Under the pieces are notes generated by a model. The model ran no database searches. It was not told the DNA's origin and saw nothing but the letters and a program-made list of their open reading frames with translations. 64,000 nucleotides of DNA from Giardia intestinalis (taxonomy: Eukaryota), in assembly GCA_000002435.2 (NCBI GenBank), contig CM018792.1. One strand, 5' to 3'. Each line of letters opens with the position of its first letter. The first letter of the stretch is position 1. Position numbers and translations under genes: made by a program. Shown piece after piece: positions 18,654 to 26,657 of the stretch.

Positions 18654-19793
18654 ATGGACTGCATCGGCCGCGGCGTCCTCCTCCCCCCGGGCGGGGCGTG
18701 CTCGTGCGGGGCGCTTCTGGCGGAGCTGCAGCGGGTCTGCCCCCTCCTCGCCGCCTCCCCGGGGGTCTGCGCCGCGCCCCGGGCCCTTGCGTGCTGCCAC
18801 CAGCCCCCGTGCCTCGAGATCGCGCCGGCGCCGGCCACCCCGCGCAGCGCCGTCCGGGTCCCTGGGTCCGCGTGCACGGCTCCACCGCCCGCCGCAGGGC
18901 CCCCGGAGGCCGCCCCGGCCGAGAGCGTCCAGGTGACCCTCAGCGCCCAGCGCGAGTCGTTCGTGATGCAGACGATGCGGCAGGCGCACTACGGCGGCGG
19001 AGAGGCCCCCGCGAGGGCGGAGAGCGCCCGCCTGCCCGCCCCGCAGGCCTCGGACCCGAGGGAGGCCCGGCGGAGCCACGCGTCCCGCCCGCGGACGGCC
19101 GGCCCCCGCCTCCCCGCCTGCCCCGAGGAGCCCCCCGGCAGGGTCCAGTTCCGGGGCGCCCCCGAGGCCCCGCCCCTGCGCTGCGAGCCGGCCCCGCCCT
19201 CCGAGTTCAGCGACTTCGGGTGCGAGCTGCTCGCGGCGGGCCAGCCCGAGGACCGGCGGGTCTGCGGCGCCCCGTGGGTGGACGCGCAGGACCTGCTGAG
19301 CGACGGCTCCGAGCACAGCGAGTTCTACCGCCTCGTCGAGAGGGAGCTCGCGCGGCTTCCGGAGCCCGCGGCCCCGGCCCTCCCGGAGAGCGAGCCCTCG
19401 CTGGACGCGCTGCCCGTGCACGCCTCGCCCCGGGGCCCGCAGATCATCGAGCCCACGCCGGCCGCCCTGCAGGAGCCAGAGGAGCCCGCGCCCCCGCAGC
19501 CCCCCACGCCGGGCCGCTCCGACAGCGTCTCGGCAGACATCACGGAGTCGCTCCTCGTGGAGGGCCGGCCCCTGCCCGACCGCCCCCCGGGCCCGGAGCC
19601 GTCCGAGGGCAGCGCCGGGTACAGCGGAGAGGCCTTCGACAGCTCCGGCTCGCCCCGGGGCCTGACCGACGAGGCCGCGGGGTCTGCGGGCCTGGACGAG
19701 GAGGACCTGCTGGGGTCCGTCGGCGGGGACCTGCGGGCGCTGCTCATGGACAGCGGGTCCGGGTCGCTGTCTGCGGGGGCCTGGCCGGAGTGA
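18654..19793 (+). CDS. island gene B: Pro/Ala/Glu/Ser-rich, acidic, probably disordered protein (379 aa)
   Basis: ATG at 18654 (MDCIGRG...). A GC3-rich frame runs to TGA 19791-19793. The stop overlaps a polyA-type signal gAGTGAACt. Confidence 0.6.
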   Translation: MDCIGRGVLLPPGGACSCGALLAELQRVCPLLAASPGVCAAPRALACCHQPPCLEIAPAPATPRSAVRVPGSACTAPPPAAGPPEAAPAESVQVTLSAQRESFVMQTMRQAHYGGGEAPARAESARLPAPQASDPREARRSHASRPRTAGPRLPACPEEPPGRVQFRGAPEAPPLRCEPAPPSEFSDFGCELLAAGQPEDRRVCGAPWVDAQDLLSDGSEHSEFYRLVERELARLPEPAAPALPESEPSLDALPVHASPRGPQIIEPTPAALQEPEEPAPPQPPTPGRSDSVSADITESLLVEGRPLPDRPPGPEPSEGSAGYSGEAFDSSGSPRGLTDEAAGSAGLDEEDLLGSVGGDLRALLMDSGSGSLSAGAWPE

Positions 19794-19816
19794 ACTCGGG
19801 AGAGCCTTTTTATTGA

Positions 19817-22327
19817 ATGGATTCTGCGCCACTCGCCGTCGCGATCCGGGAGCACGTCCCGGGCCCGAGGCCCCCGCCGCGGCCGTCCGGGGGGCGGTCC
19901 CTCTTCGCGCAGGCCGTGGCCGCCGGGGCCGGACAGACCGGGAGGCCCTTCGCCCTCGGGCAGCCCCCGCCGCGCGCCCCGGCCCCAGCGCCGCCCCGGG
20001 GCCCCCCACCGCCCCCCGCCGCAGAGGACCCGGGCGGGCCCCTCCTCGGGTACGGGGGCGCCGCAGACCCGGAGGCCGTCCCGTTCTGCAGCGCGGCGGA
20101 CATCGGGCTCCTCTGCCGGTCGACGAACCCCGCCCAGCGCGAGTACGGGCTCCGGATGCTCGCGAACGCCGTCGCGCTCCGGCGCGTCCGGGACGGCGGC
20201 GCCCCCGACCCCGTCCTCGAGGCCCTGCTCTGCCTCCCCGCCGACCCGCACGCGTGCCCCTCGTCTGCCGGCCACCTCCTCCTCCTGGGCCTGCGGGACG
20301 CCCTGGAGTCCGGGAGCCCCGGCCTCCTCGACGCCGCCCTCTCCGGCCTCGCCACGGTCTTCGTCGCCGACGAGGGCTTCCTCAGCGAGACCGTCCACGT
20401 CGGGGCCGCGCTGCTCGGGCTGACGTCCAGCTCGGTCGCCTTCCCCCTCGGCTCCCTGCTGCGGCGGCTCGTCGAGCACGGGCTCCCGGGGCTCCTGGGC
20501 CAGGCCCTCGACGCCGCCGCGCGCGCAGACGAGCGGCGCCGGGAGCGGCTCGCCCACAGCGCGTACCTGCTGGCCGAGCGCGTGCTCATCGGCTGCTGCC
20601 CCGCAGACGAGCCCCCGGAGACCGCCGCCGGCCTGCGGGCCCTCGCGGAGCGGCTCCTCGCGGCGCTCCTGGGCGAGCTCGCCGGGCTGGCGGAGACGGG
20701 GGCCTTCCTGACGACCGCCTCCCGCGTCGCCCTCCGGACGCTCTGCTACGACCACGTCCTCGACGGCCACGCGCTCGGCCGGGACGCCGTCGCCCTCCTC
20801 GTCGAGTCCCTCGAGGCGTTCGTCGGGGCGCTCCCCGGCCAGGACGAGGCGGTCCGCACAGAGCTCCTCTCGGCCGCCACGCTCCACTACCTCCTCGTCG
20901 CCCGGGTCCTGCGGGGGAGCCCCGAGCTCTGCGCCCTGCACGCGGCCGTCTCTGCGACGTGCGCCGCCGCCCTGGAGCGCCACGCCCCGGCCGCCCCCGC
21001 GGAGCTCAGCGCGCTCCTCGTCCTGCTCCGGATCCTCCGGGCCCGGGCCGCCGTCCCCCGCGCGCGCCTGGGGCTCTCGGAGGCATGCTTCCGGCGGCTG
21101 GTCGACTGGCGGGCCCCGCCCGAGGCCGGGGGCTTCGCGCTGCCCCAGGGGCCCTCCGCGGCGTTCGCCCCGTTCTACGCCCTCGCGGCCGTCCAGTGGC
21201 GCGGCCCGGGCGAGTGGGGCGCGGCGGAGGCCTGGGTCGGCTGCGTGATGGACGTCCTCGCCAGCGGGCCCCCGGTCGCGCGCTGGGCGCCCCCGGCCGT
21301 CGACGCCCACCGGCGGGCAGGCGTGCTCCCGTGCGCGGTGACCGACGCAGGGGTCGCCCTCGCGCTCCTCGTCGCGGCCCTGGCGGCCGTCTGGGGCCCC
21401 GGGCTCCCGTTTGCCGCCGGCCTCGCCGAGCGGGTCGGGGAGCGCCTGGCAGGGCTCCCGGCCGAGTTCCGGTTCGTCGTCGCGTTCCCGCTCGCCCGGC
21501 TCCTCCCCCCGCTGCCCGCTATCGAGTGCGGGCTCTACCCGAACGCGGCGCTCCTCGGGGCGCTCCGGGCCGTCACGGGCCACCCGGGCTACGACCCCGC
21601 GGCAGAGGCGCTTGCGCACGTCGACGCCCGCTGCCCGTGCCCCGCGCTCGCGGCCCTCCACGCGGCGTGCGTGCTCGCCTCGGACGGGATGCGGCGCGAC
21701 GGGGCGTGGCGGCTCGCGGTCCTCCGGCTCGCGCTGCAGCGCCTGGCCGGGCTGGAGACCGCAGGGGCCGCCCGGGGCCGCGTCCTCGCGTACGGGCTCC
21801 TCTGCGTCCTCGACACGCTGACGGGCGTCTGTCGCCTCCCCCCGGACGCCGCGGCCCTCCTCGCGGAGACGCTCGCCGGGGTCCTCCGCCTCGCCCGCGC
21901 AGGCCCCGCCCCCGCCGCCGAGCTCCTCTACGCAGCGCCCGCCGGGGGGCTCCGGACGCTCGACGCCGCCGCCGGCGCGTTTGTCGAGGGCCTCCACGGG
22001 GGCGCGGCGGTGCTCCCCGAGGCCCCGCTCGTCTACCTCGCGCTCCTCCACCCGCAGCTCGTCCCGGACCCCCGCCGCCGGGCAGAGCTCTGGTCCGGGC
22101 TCGCGCTCCTGCGGCTCGACTTCGCGGCGCTCGACGGGGGCCTCCTCGCGGGGCTCTGCGAAGACGACCCCGCGCCCGTCCTCGCGTGCCTCGCGTGCTA
22201 CGAGCGCCGCGCAGAGACCGCCCTGTCGCGCCGCGTCCTCGCCCGGTACGCAGAGGCCCACCGGGGGCAGAGGCCCGACCGGGTCGTCGTCGCGGCCGTC
22301 GAGGAGGCCCTCCGACCAGCGGGCTAG
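19817..22327 (+). CDS. island gene C: 836-aa Ala/Leu/Arg-rich protein, predicted alpha-helical repeat architecture, unknown function
   Basis: ATG at 19817 in ctttttattgaATGG. GC3 periodicity across the whole length and a single long frame. Confidence 0.7.
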   Translation: MDSAPLAVAIREHVPGPRPPPRPSGGRSLFAQAVAAGAGQTGRPFALGQPPPRAPAPAPPRGPPPPPAAEDPGGPLLGYGGAADPEAVPFCSAADIGLLCRSTNPAQREYGLRMLANAVALRRVRDGGAPDPVLEALLCLPADPHACPSSAGHLLLLGLRDALESGSPGLLDAALSGLATVFVADEGFLSETVHVGAALLGLTSSSVAFPLGSLLRRLVEHGLPGLLGQALDAAARADERRRERLAHSAYLLAERVLIGCCPADEPPETAAGLRALAERLLAALLGELAGLAETGAFLTTASRVALRTLCYDHVLDGHALGRDAVALLVESLEAFVGALPGQDEAVRTELLSAATLHYLLVARVLRGSPELCALHAAVSATCAAALERHAPAAPAELSALLVLLRILRARAAVPRARLGLSEACFRRLVDWRAPPEAGGFALPQGPSAAFAPFYALAAVQWRGPGEWGAAEAWVGCVMDVLASGPPVARWAPPAVDAHRRAGVLPCAVTDAGVALALLVAALAAVWGPGLPFAAGLAERVGERLAGLPAEFRFVVAFPLARLLPPLPAIECGLYPNAALLGALRAVTGHPGYDPAAEALAHVDARCPCPALAALHAACVLASDGMRRDGAWRLAVLRLALQRLAGLETAGAARGRVLAYGLLCVLDTLTGVCRLPPDAAALLAETLAGVLRLARAGPAPAAELLYAAPAGGLRTLDAAAGAFVEGLHGGAAVLPEAPLVYLALLHPQLVPDPRRRAELWSGLALLRLDFAALDGGLLAGLCEDDPAPVLACLACYERRAETALSRRVLARYAEAHRGQRPDRVVVAAVEEALRPAG

Positions 22328-22334
22328 CGTTCAC

Positions 22335-23264
22335 TCAATCAGGGGCACCTGACCCCAGGGCGGCCCGCAGGCCCGCGACCTCCCCCCGGAGCCGGGCGAC
22401 CTCGTCCTCCAGGGCCTTGAAGCGCAGGGCCGTCGCGACCGCAGGCGCCCCGCCCTCTGCGTCGAGGAGCTCCACGAGGGCCGCGGCGGTGAGGCGGCGC
22501 TCCGGCTCCAGGACGAGGAGGTGGGCGAGGACGCCCCGGACGACGGGGTCCCCGACCGCGCCCAGGTCCGGCCGCCAGCCCGCGACGTAGACCTCCGCGG
22601 GGGCCCGCCCGGAGAGGAACGGGGGCCTGCCGCCCGCCGCGAGCTCGTAGGCGACCATCCCGAGGCTCCACATGTCCGCGGCCGGCGTGTGGCTCCCGCC
22701 CCGCAGGACCTCCGGCGCGGCGTAGACGGGGACGGCCATGGAGGCGAGCCCCCCGGGGCCCTCCCTGCAGAGCCCGAAGTCGGAGATGGCGAACTCCGCC
22801 CCGGCCTCGTCGAGGAGGACGTTCGCGGGCCGCAGGTCGCAGTGCGTGAGGGCGGGGAGCGGGGCGCCCGCGGCGTCGGTCTTCCCGGGCCGGTGGAGGT
22901 AGGCGAGCCCCGCGCCCACCTGGCGGAGGACGGCGACGACCATCTCGCGCGGGGCGAGCTGCCTTCTGCGGCGGAGGCTCCGGATGGCCCCGTCGAGGGA
23001 GCCTGCGTAGCGCCGCATCTCGACGTAGATGTAGCCCTCGTGCCGGACGACGCGCCCGTACTCGACGACGTTCGGGTGGCGGAGGCGCGGGAGGGTCCGG
23101 AGCTCGAGCTCGAGCGAGGCCTGCGCGTCGGGGGGCAGCCCGTCGGTCGGGATCTCCTTGACCGCCCTGTCGGGGGCGCTCTTCAGGCCGTAGACGGTCC
23201 CGTGGGCCCCGCTCCCGAGCTCTGCGCCCAGGTCTTCGAGGAGGGCGTCGATGGCCTCGGACAT
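22335..23264 (-). CDS. island Ser/Thr protein kinase (309 aa) with atypical catalytic loop HCDLRPAN
   Basis: LGSGAHGTVY (Gly loop), RAVKEI (beta-3 Lys), HCDLRPANVLL (catalytic loop, R->C and K->R versus HRDLKPEN), SDFGL (DFG), YAAPEV (APE) and DMWSLGMVAYEL (subdomain IX). The ATG is preceded on the minus strand by ggattaaaaagATG. The stop TGA overlaps AGTGAAC. Confidence 0.85.
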   Translation of the reverse strand: MSEAIDALLEDLGAELGSGAHGTVYGLKSAPDRAVKEIPTDGLPPDAQASLELELRTLPRLRHPNVVEYGRVVRHEGYIYVEMRRYAGSLDGAIRSLRRRRQLAPREMVVAVLRQVGAGLAYLHRPGKTDAAGAPLPALTHCDLRPANVLLDEAGAEFAISDFGLCREGPGGLASMAVPVYAAPEVLRGGSHTPAADMWSLGMVAYELAAGGRPPFLSGRAPAEVYVAGWRPDLGAVGDPVVRGVLAHLLVLEPERRLTAAALVELLDAEGGAPAVATALRFKALEDEVARLRGEVAGLRAALGSGAPD

Positions 23265-23268
23265 CTTT

Positions 23269-23595
23269 TTAATCCGCGACTGGGCGATTGGGTGGGCTCA
23301 ATCGCTTGGGCTCAGATCGGGGCCTGTATAGATTCACCGAACAGATATGACAATTAGCGCACTTACTACCTAAGTTACGTCTTCCTGCAGCAGAAAAATC
23401 CAATGAGACCACCGCGCTCTTAGTAATATTAGAATTTGCGCATTTTGTCTTATCGTTATTAGAGTCAAAGATTTTTATCCTGGCACAATTATTGGATCTG
23501 TCCTTGTAGTTAGTAGTGGAAAATCCCACTCCACATGATGTTTGTGCCCATATAAACTGGATAATTAAGGCAACAAACACAAATCTGCCAAGCAT
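23269..23595 (-). CDS. questionable small ORF (108 aa) with N-terminal signal-peptide-like segment and 6 Cys; its last ~16 codons lie inside the island's right edge
   Basis: ATG at 23595 verified. MLGRFVFVALIIQFIWAQTS is hydrophobic. The frame continues across the island boundary at 23316 to a stop at 23269. Confidence 0.3.
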   Translation of the reverse strand: MLGRFVFVALIIQFIWAQTSCGVGFSTTNYKDRSNNCARIKIFDSNNDKTKCANSNITKSAVVSLDFSAAGRRNLGSKCANCHICSVNLYRPRSEPKRLSPPNRPVAD

Positions 23596-24034
23596 TAAGG
23601 GATAAGCTGCTGCACAAAGGCCTTAGCTTAAAAGGAATGAAGTTGCTCTCCGTAAATCTCTGACTGAGAGTCTCTCTACCGCGGTCGATCATATCGCTCA
23701 TTTTCGAAGGTCTGCTTTCCCTATAAATATGTTAATGATACCGTGAAAATTTAGTTTGTTGCAAAATTTGCTTTGAGAGATATGCTGGTCAGGTTCCTTA
23801 TTCCTTAATTAATCTGTAGCTCAATATCGTATGAATTGCGGGTTAGTAATAAAGCTGATCAAGTGGTAAAATGCATGCATAATCAAGGGAAGCTGTTACG
23901 ATAGAATCCTGAAAAAAGTGTTATTACACCGTAAGCACCCGATGAAACCAACCAAAGTAGAGAACAACTTGGCTATTTGCTAAATAAAATAGAGGGAGTT
24001 CTAAATACATTTAGGTCAGTAACGGATGGAGCTG

Positions 24035-24508
24035 CTACTCAGAAAAGGGTAGTGATCCCGGGCGCAAAGCTGACAACATAGCTAAAAGTAAAAACGAGGG
24101 AAACGTTATTGAAACTGTCGCCGCATACGTTATGATAATGAAGACGCCACCCCCACGTATCATGGCCATGTACTCCAGTCCGGCTATGTCGACCATGAAA
24201 ATCAAGCTTCCTGTGGAGACAACGCAAAAGGTGCTTCCATTATAAAGGTAGAACCTTTTCTGTGCTTCAGGACCCTGTTGAAAACATCGAAGCAGAGCAA
24301 GGATAGATTCTTCAGAGGTCTCCCTTGGTGGCTTGATGACTGATATTCTCACATTTGTTGCGTGGTCTGCATCTGGACCTTCACTCTTTACAAGCTGCTT
24401 AGAGGTGTAAACTGGAACCTCCGTCACTATACAGAGCGATGTGAGGAATATACAATGATCCAGAAAGCTCTGGACAAACTTATTATAAACATGACTGACA
24501 GATGCCAT
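24035..24508 (-). CDS. hypothetical small membrane protein (157 aa)
   Basis: ATG at 24508 verified. C-terminal hydrophobic segment VFIIITYAATVSITFPSFLLLAMLSAL. No motif. Confidence 0.45.
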   Translation of the reverse strand: MASVSHVYNKFVQSFLDHCIFLTSLCIVTEVPVYTSKQLVKSEGPDADHATNVRISVIKPPRETSEESILALLRCFQQGPEAQKRFYLYNGSTFCVVSTGSLIFMVDIAGLEYMAMIRGGGVFIIITYAATVSITFPSFLLLAMLSALRPGSLPFSE

Positions 24509-24547
24509 TTTTCATTAGCCAAAAACAACAACTAATTCACAGAACCA

Positions 24548-26578
24548 TTAGCGTCTATCACGAGCCTGGCCGGAGATCTTACCAGAAAGGAGATGCTTCT
24601 GACGTGTTACGGCCGGTTTCTTATAGTCGAAGCGGCCCTTGCCCGTGTAGTGCCTATCCTGGTAGTCAATCTTCCGCATTTGTTCAACAGATACTCCGTC
24701 TCTACGTGCCTGCTCCTCCATGCGCTCTTGGAGAGTTCGCCATTTATCCTTCATCGGTCTGTTGGGGTTCGGGAATACAGTCCTTGCCACGCTACTATTG
24801 AACTTCTGACCAGTCTTTTTCATGACAAACCTATCCAGTTTTGCACCAGCTGCTGTTCCATGGATCTGAGCTAAGCGCGGCATGGAAGAGCCCAGAAGAT
24901 CCATTCCCTTGAGAGTTGCTTTTTTAATGCGGCGATTATCAGTCAGCTCGCGGTACAAAGCAAGCTTTTCGAATAACCCTTTGTCATCAAACGCGCTTTC
25001 TGCTGCGACCAGTCGCTCTTCTTCTTCCTCAAGTAGCCGGAGCTTTTCATCTATATCCTCGTCAACGGTGATAAAGTCCAGAATGTTTTTACCCTTGTAG
25101 AAATATGGAATAGCGTCATATTTCCAGTCGTCATTGCTGAGAAGCCAATTCTTTCGTTCATCAGGCTTGTAAACGCGTGCGCCTCCATTCTCCAATTCAA
25201 GAACGCGCTCGCTAATAAACCCATCTTCTATTGTGTGGGCCCGCACAGGCATATGGGCCTCTTGGAGAGCCTTAACTGATTCGGGAATATAAGTGCCTCT
25301 CTGCTTACTATCACGCTGGACGGGATTAGCAACGTACTGCCTATCAGCTAGCAGCTCCTGTTTCCTGGCTGTGAACAGCTGAGCTTCTCTAATCCGGAGA
25401 AGCTGCTCACACGCGATAGCCATGGCACGCTCAACGCCTTGCATGTTGACTGTGGAGGCTGGGATAAAGAGTGGATCACCTGATGCTGCTTGTGCAAGAA
25501 TCCTCTGACGCAACTCGTCTTCTTCCTTTACCCGACCCTGGATATTCAGTGAAAGCTCTCCACCACGTGCCAAACAGTCATCGATTTCTGCCTTACTGGG
25601 ATACAAGACGTCGTATAGCTTCAAAGCTTCTAGGAAGGAGACAGCGGGGGACATGGACTGGAGCAGTTGGATGTCGTCAGCAGAAAGCTGATCAGGTGTC
25701 CATGTATCTGCCTTTGAGAGCACAATTACTGTTGGCTTGTTTTGAAAGAAGAGCTTCATCGACTGAAACAGATGAACTTGTTTTTGCAGGTAGTCTCCTC
25801 CACAAGAGATATCGATAAGGAAGAGGATGGCAGCGTTTAGGTATGCCAATGCTGCGACAGCTTGGAGCTCTATGTTGTTACGCTCTTCCAGGGGGTGGTC
25901 CAGCAGACCTGGGGTATCGATTAGCTGATAGCTGAGCCCCTTATAGTCGGAGTGTCCAACAAAAAGGGACTGGGTCGTGAAATCCCAAGACTCCACCTCC
26001 ACATTGGCACGGGTTAAAGCATTGAGAAAGCTAGATTTTCCAACAGAAGGGTATCCCGTGAGAAGTAGAGTGCGTGTCGACGGATCGATGGACGGCAACC
26101 TACTCATGTGCTGGCGGACCTGTTCCAGATATGCGAGATACTCGTTCTGCTTCCTTAGAAGGGAGATCATTCTTCCAAGGGCTGCACGCTTCAGAGTCTT
26201 GCACTGAAAAAGTGAATCTGCGTGCTTAAGAAGCTTTACGTAGTGCTGCCCTACCTTGTCAGTGAGATTCTTACACTGGTGAAGCTGTCCAAGGGCAATC
26301 TTGAAATGGTCCTTATCATACATAATGTTGAACCAGTAACGGTAAAATGGGTGGATCTCATCTATCTTTGGAAACTCGTCTACGATAGCACTTATCTTTT
26401 GCCCAATAGTGTTCTGGGTAAACTTTACCTTGAGCATATAAAAGGCACGGATGCGGCATATCTTCATGGTTTTTCGAATGACAGTTGGAGTCTTCCTCTG
26501 CGTCTTTGAAAGGACAATGTCAACCAGGTCTTTGCCGCTGGGTATAGACCCGATGGTCCGAAAGTCATAGATGGGCAT
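24548..26578 (-). CDS. NOG1: nucleolar GTP-binding protein NOG1
   Basis: The N-terminus DLVDIVLSKTQRKTPTVIRK and the GTPase G1 LLLTGYPSVGKSSFLN match the NOG1 family. ATG at 26578 with gaaataattcaaATG upstream. Confidence 0.9.
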   Translation of the reverse strand: MPIYDFRTIGSIPSGKDLVDIVLSKTQRKTPTVIRKTMKICRIRAFYMLKVKFTQNTIGQKISAIVDEFPKIDEIHPFYRYWFNIMYDKDHFKIALGQLHQCKNLTDKVGQHYVKLLKHADSLFQCKTLKRAALGRMISLLRKQNEYLAYLEQVRQHMSRLPSIDPSTRTLLLTGYPSVGKSSFLNALTRANVEVESWDFTTQSLFVGHSDYKGLSYQLIDTPGLLDHPLEERNNIELQAVAALAYLNAAILFLIDISCGGDYLQKQVHLFQSMKLFFQNKPTVIVLSKADTWTPDQLSADDIQLLQSMSPAVSFLEALKLYDVLYPSKAEIDDCLARGGELSLNIQGRVKEEDELRQRILAQAASGDPLFIPASTVNMQGVERAMAIACEQLLRIREAQLFTARKQELLADRQYVANPVQRDSKQRGTYIPESVKALQEAHMPVRAHTIEDGFISERVLELENGGARVYKPDERKNWLLSNDDWKYDAIPYFYKGKNILDFITVDEDIDEKLRLLEEEEERLVAAESAFDDKGLFEKLALYRELTDNRRIKKATLKGMDLLGSSMPRLAQIHGTAAGAKLDRFVMKKTGQKFNSSVARTVFPNPNRPMKDKWRTLQERMEEQARRDGVSVEQMRKIDYQDRHYTGKGRFDYKKPAVTRQKHLLSGKISGQARDRR

Positions 26579-26657
26579 TTGAATTATTTCTCTGGTTTGT
26601 TAAGCATTTTTTATCAAAACATTGAAAGTATCGGTTGAAAAACACTTTGCGATTCAT

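Larger units (their letters stand above)
18004..23316. repeat. copy 1 of a ~5.3-kb GC-rich island (estimated ~75% GC) carrying a four-gene cassette; direct repeat of 56304-61624
   Basis: Base composition switches abruptly at 18004 and again after 23316. The sequence is collinear with copy 2 apart from scattered substitutions and an 8-bp indel. Clear 3-nt periodicity with G/C at nearly every third position defines four coding frames. Confidence 0.9.

Noticed and set aside
19325-22590. Very long overlapping ORFs in the GC-rich island on both strands and several frames (19325..22261 -, 19813..22590 +, 19810..20589 -, 21573..22334 -, 17962..18885 -, 18698..19816 +, and others).
   Set aside because: These are stop-codon-poor shadow frames typical of very GC-rich DNA. 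Only one frame per segment shows the G/C-at-position-3 periodicity, and those are the four genes reported. The shadow proteins are Arg/Pro/Gly homopolymer-like.
18004-23316. Considered whether the GC-rich ~5.3-kb repeat is an rDNA unit. Some diplomonad rDNA units are said to be about this size and this GC-rich.
   Set aside because: There is clear 3-nt codon periodicity with G/C at third positions, a complete protein-kinase domain and three other long single-frame ORFs. I could not find the universally conserved rRNA motifs (GTGCCAGCAGCCGCGGTAATTCC, the sarcin-ricin AGTACGAGAGGA, or the SSU 3' end GTAACAAGGT). The few AT-containing spots would be where such motifs would have to be.
24502-24801. 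99-aa plus-strand ORF starting at the same ATG triplet region as the minus-strand gene start (24508), plus other small ORFs inside NOG1.
   Set aside because: They are antisense to the well-supported NOG1 and small membrane protein genes.
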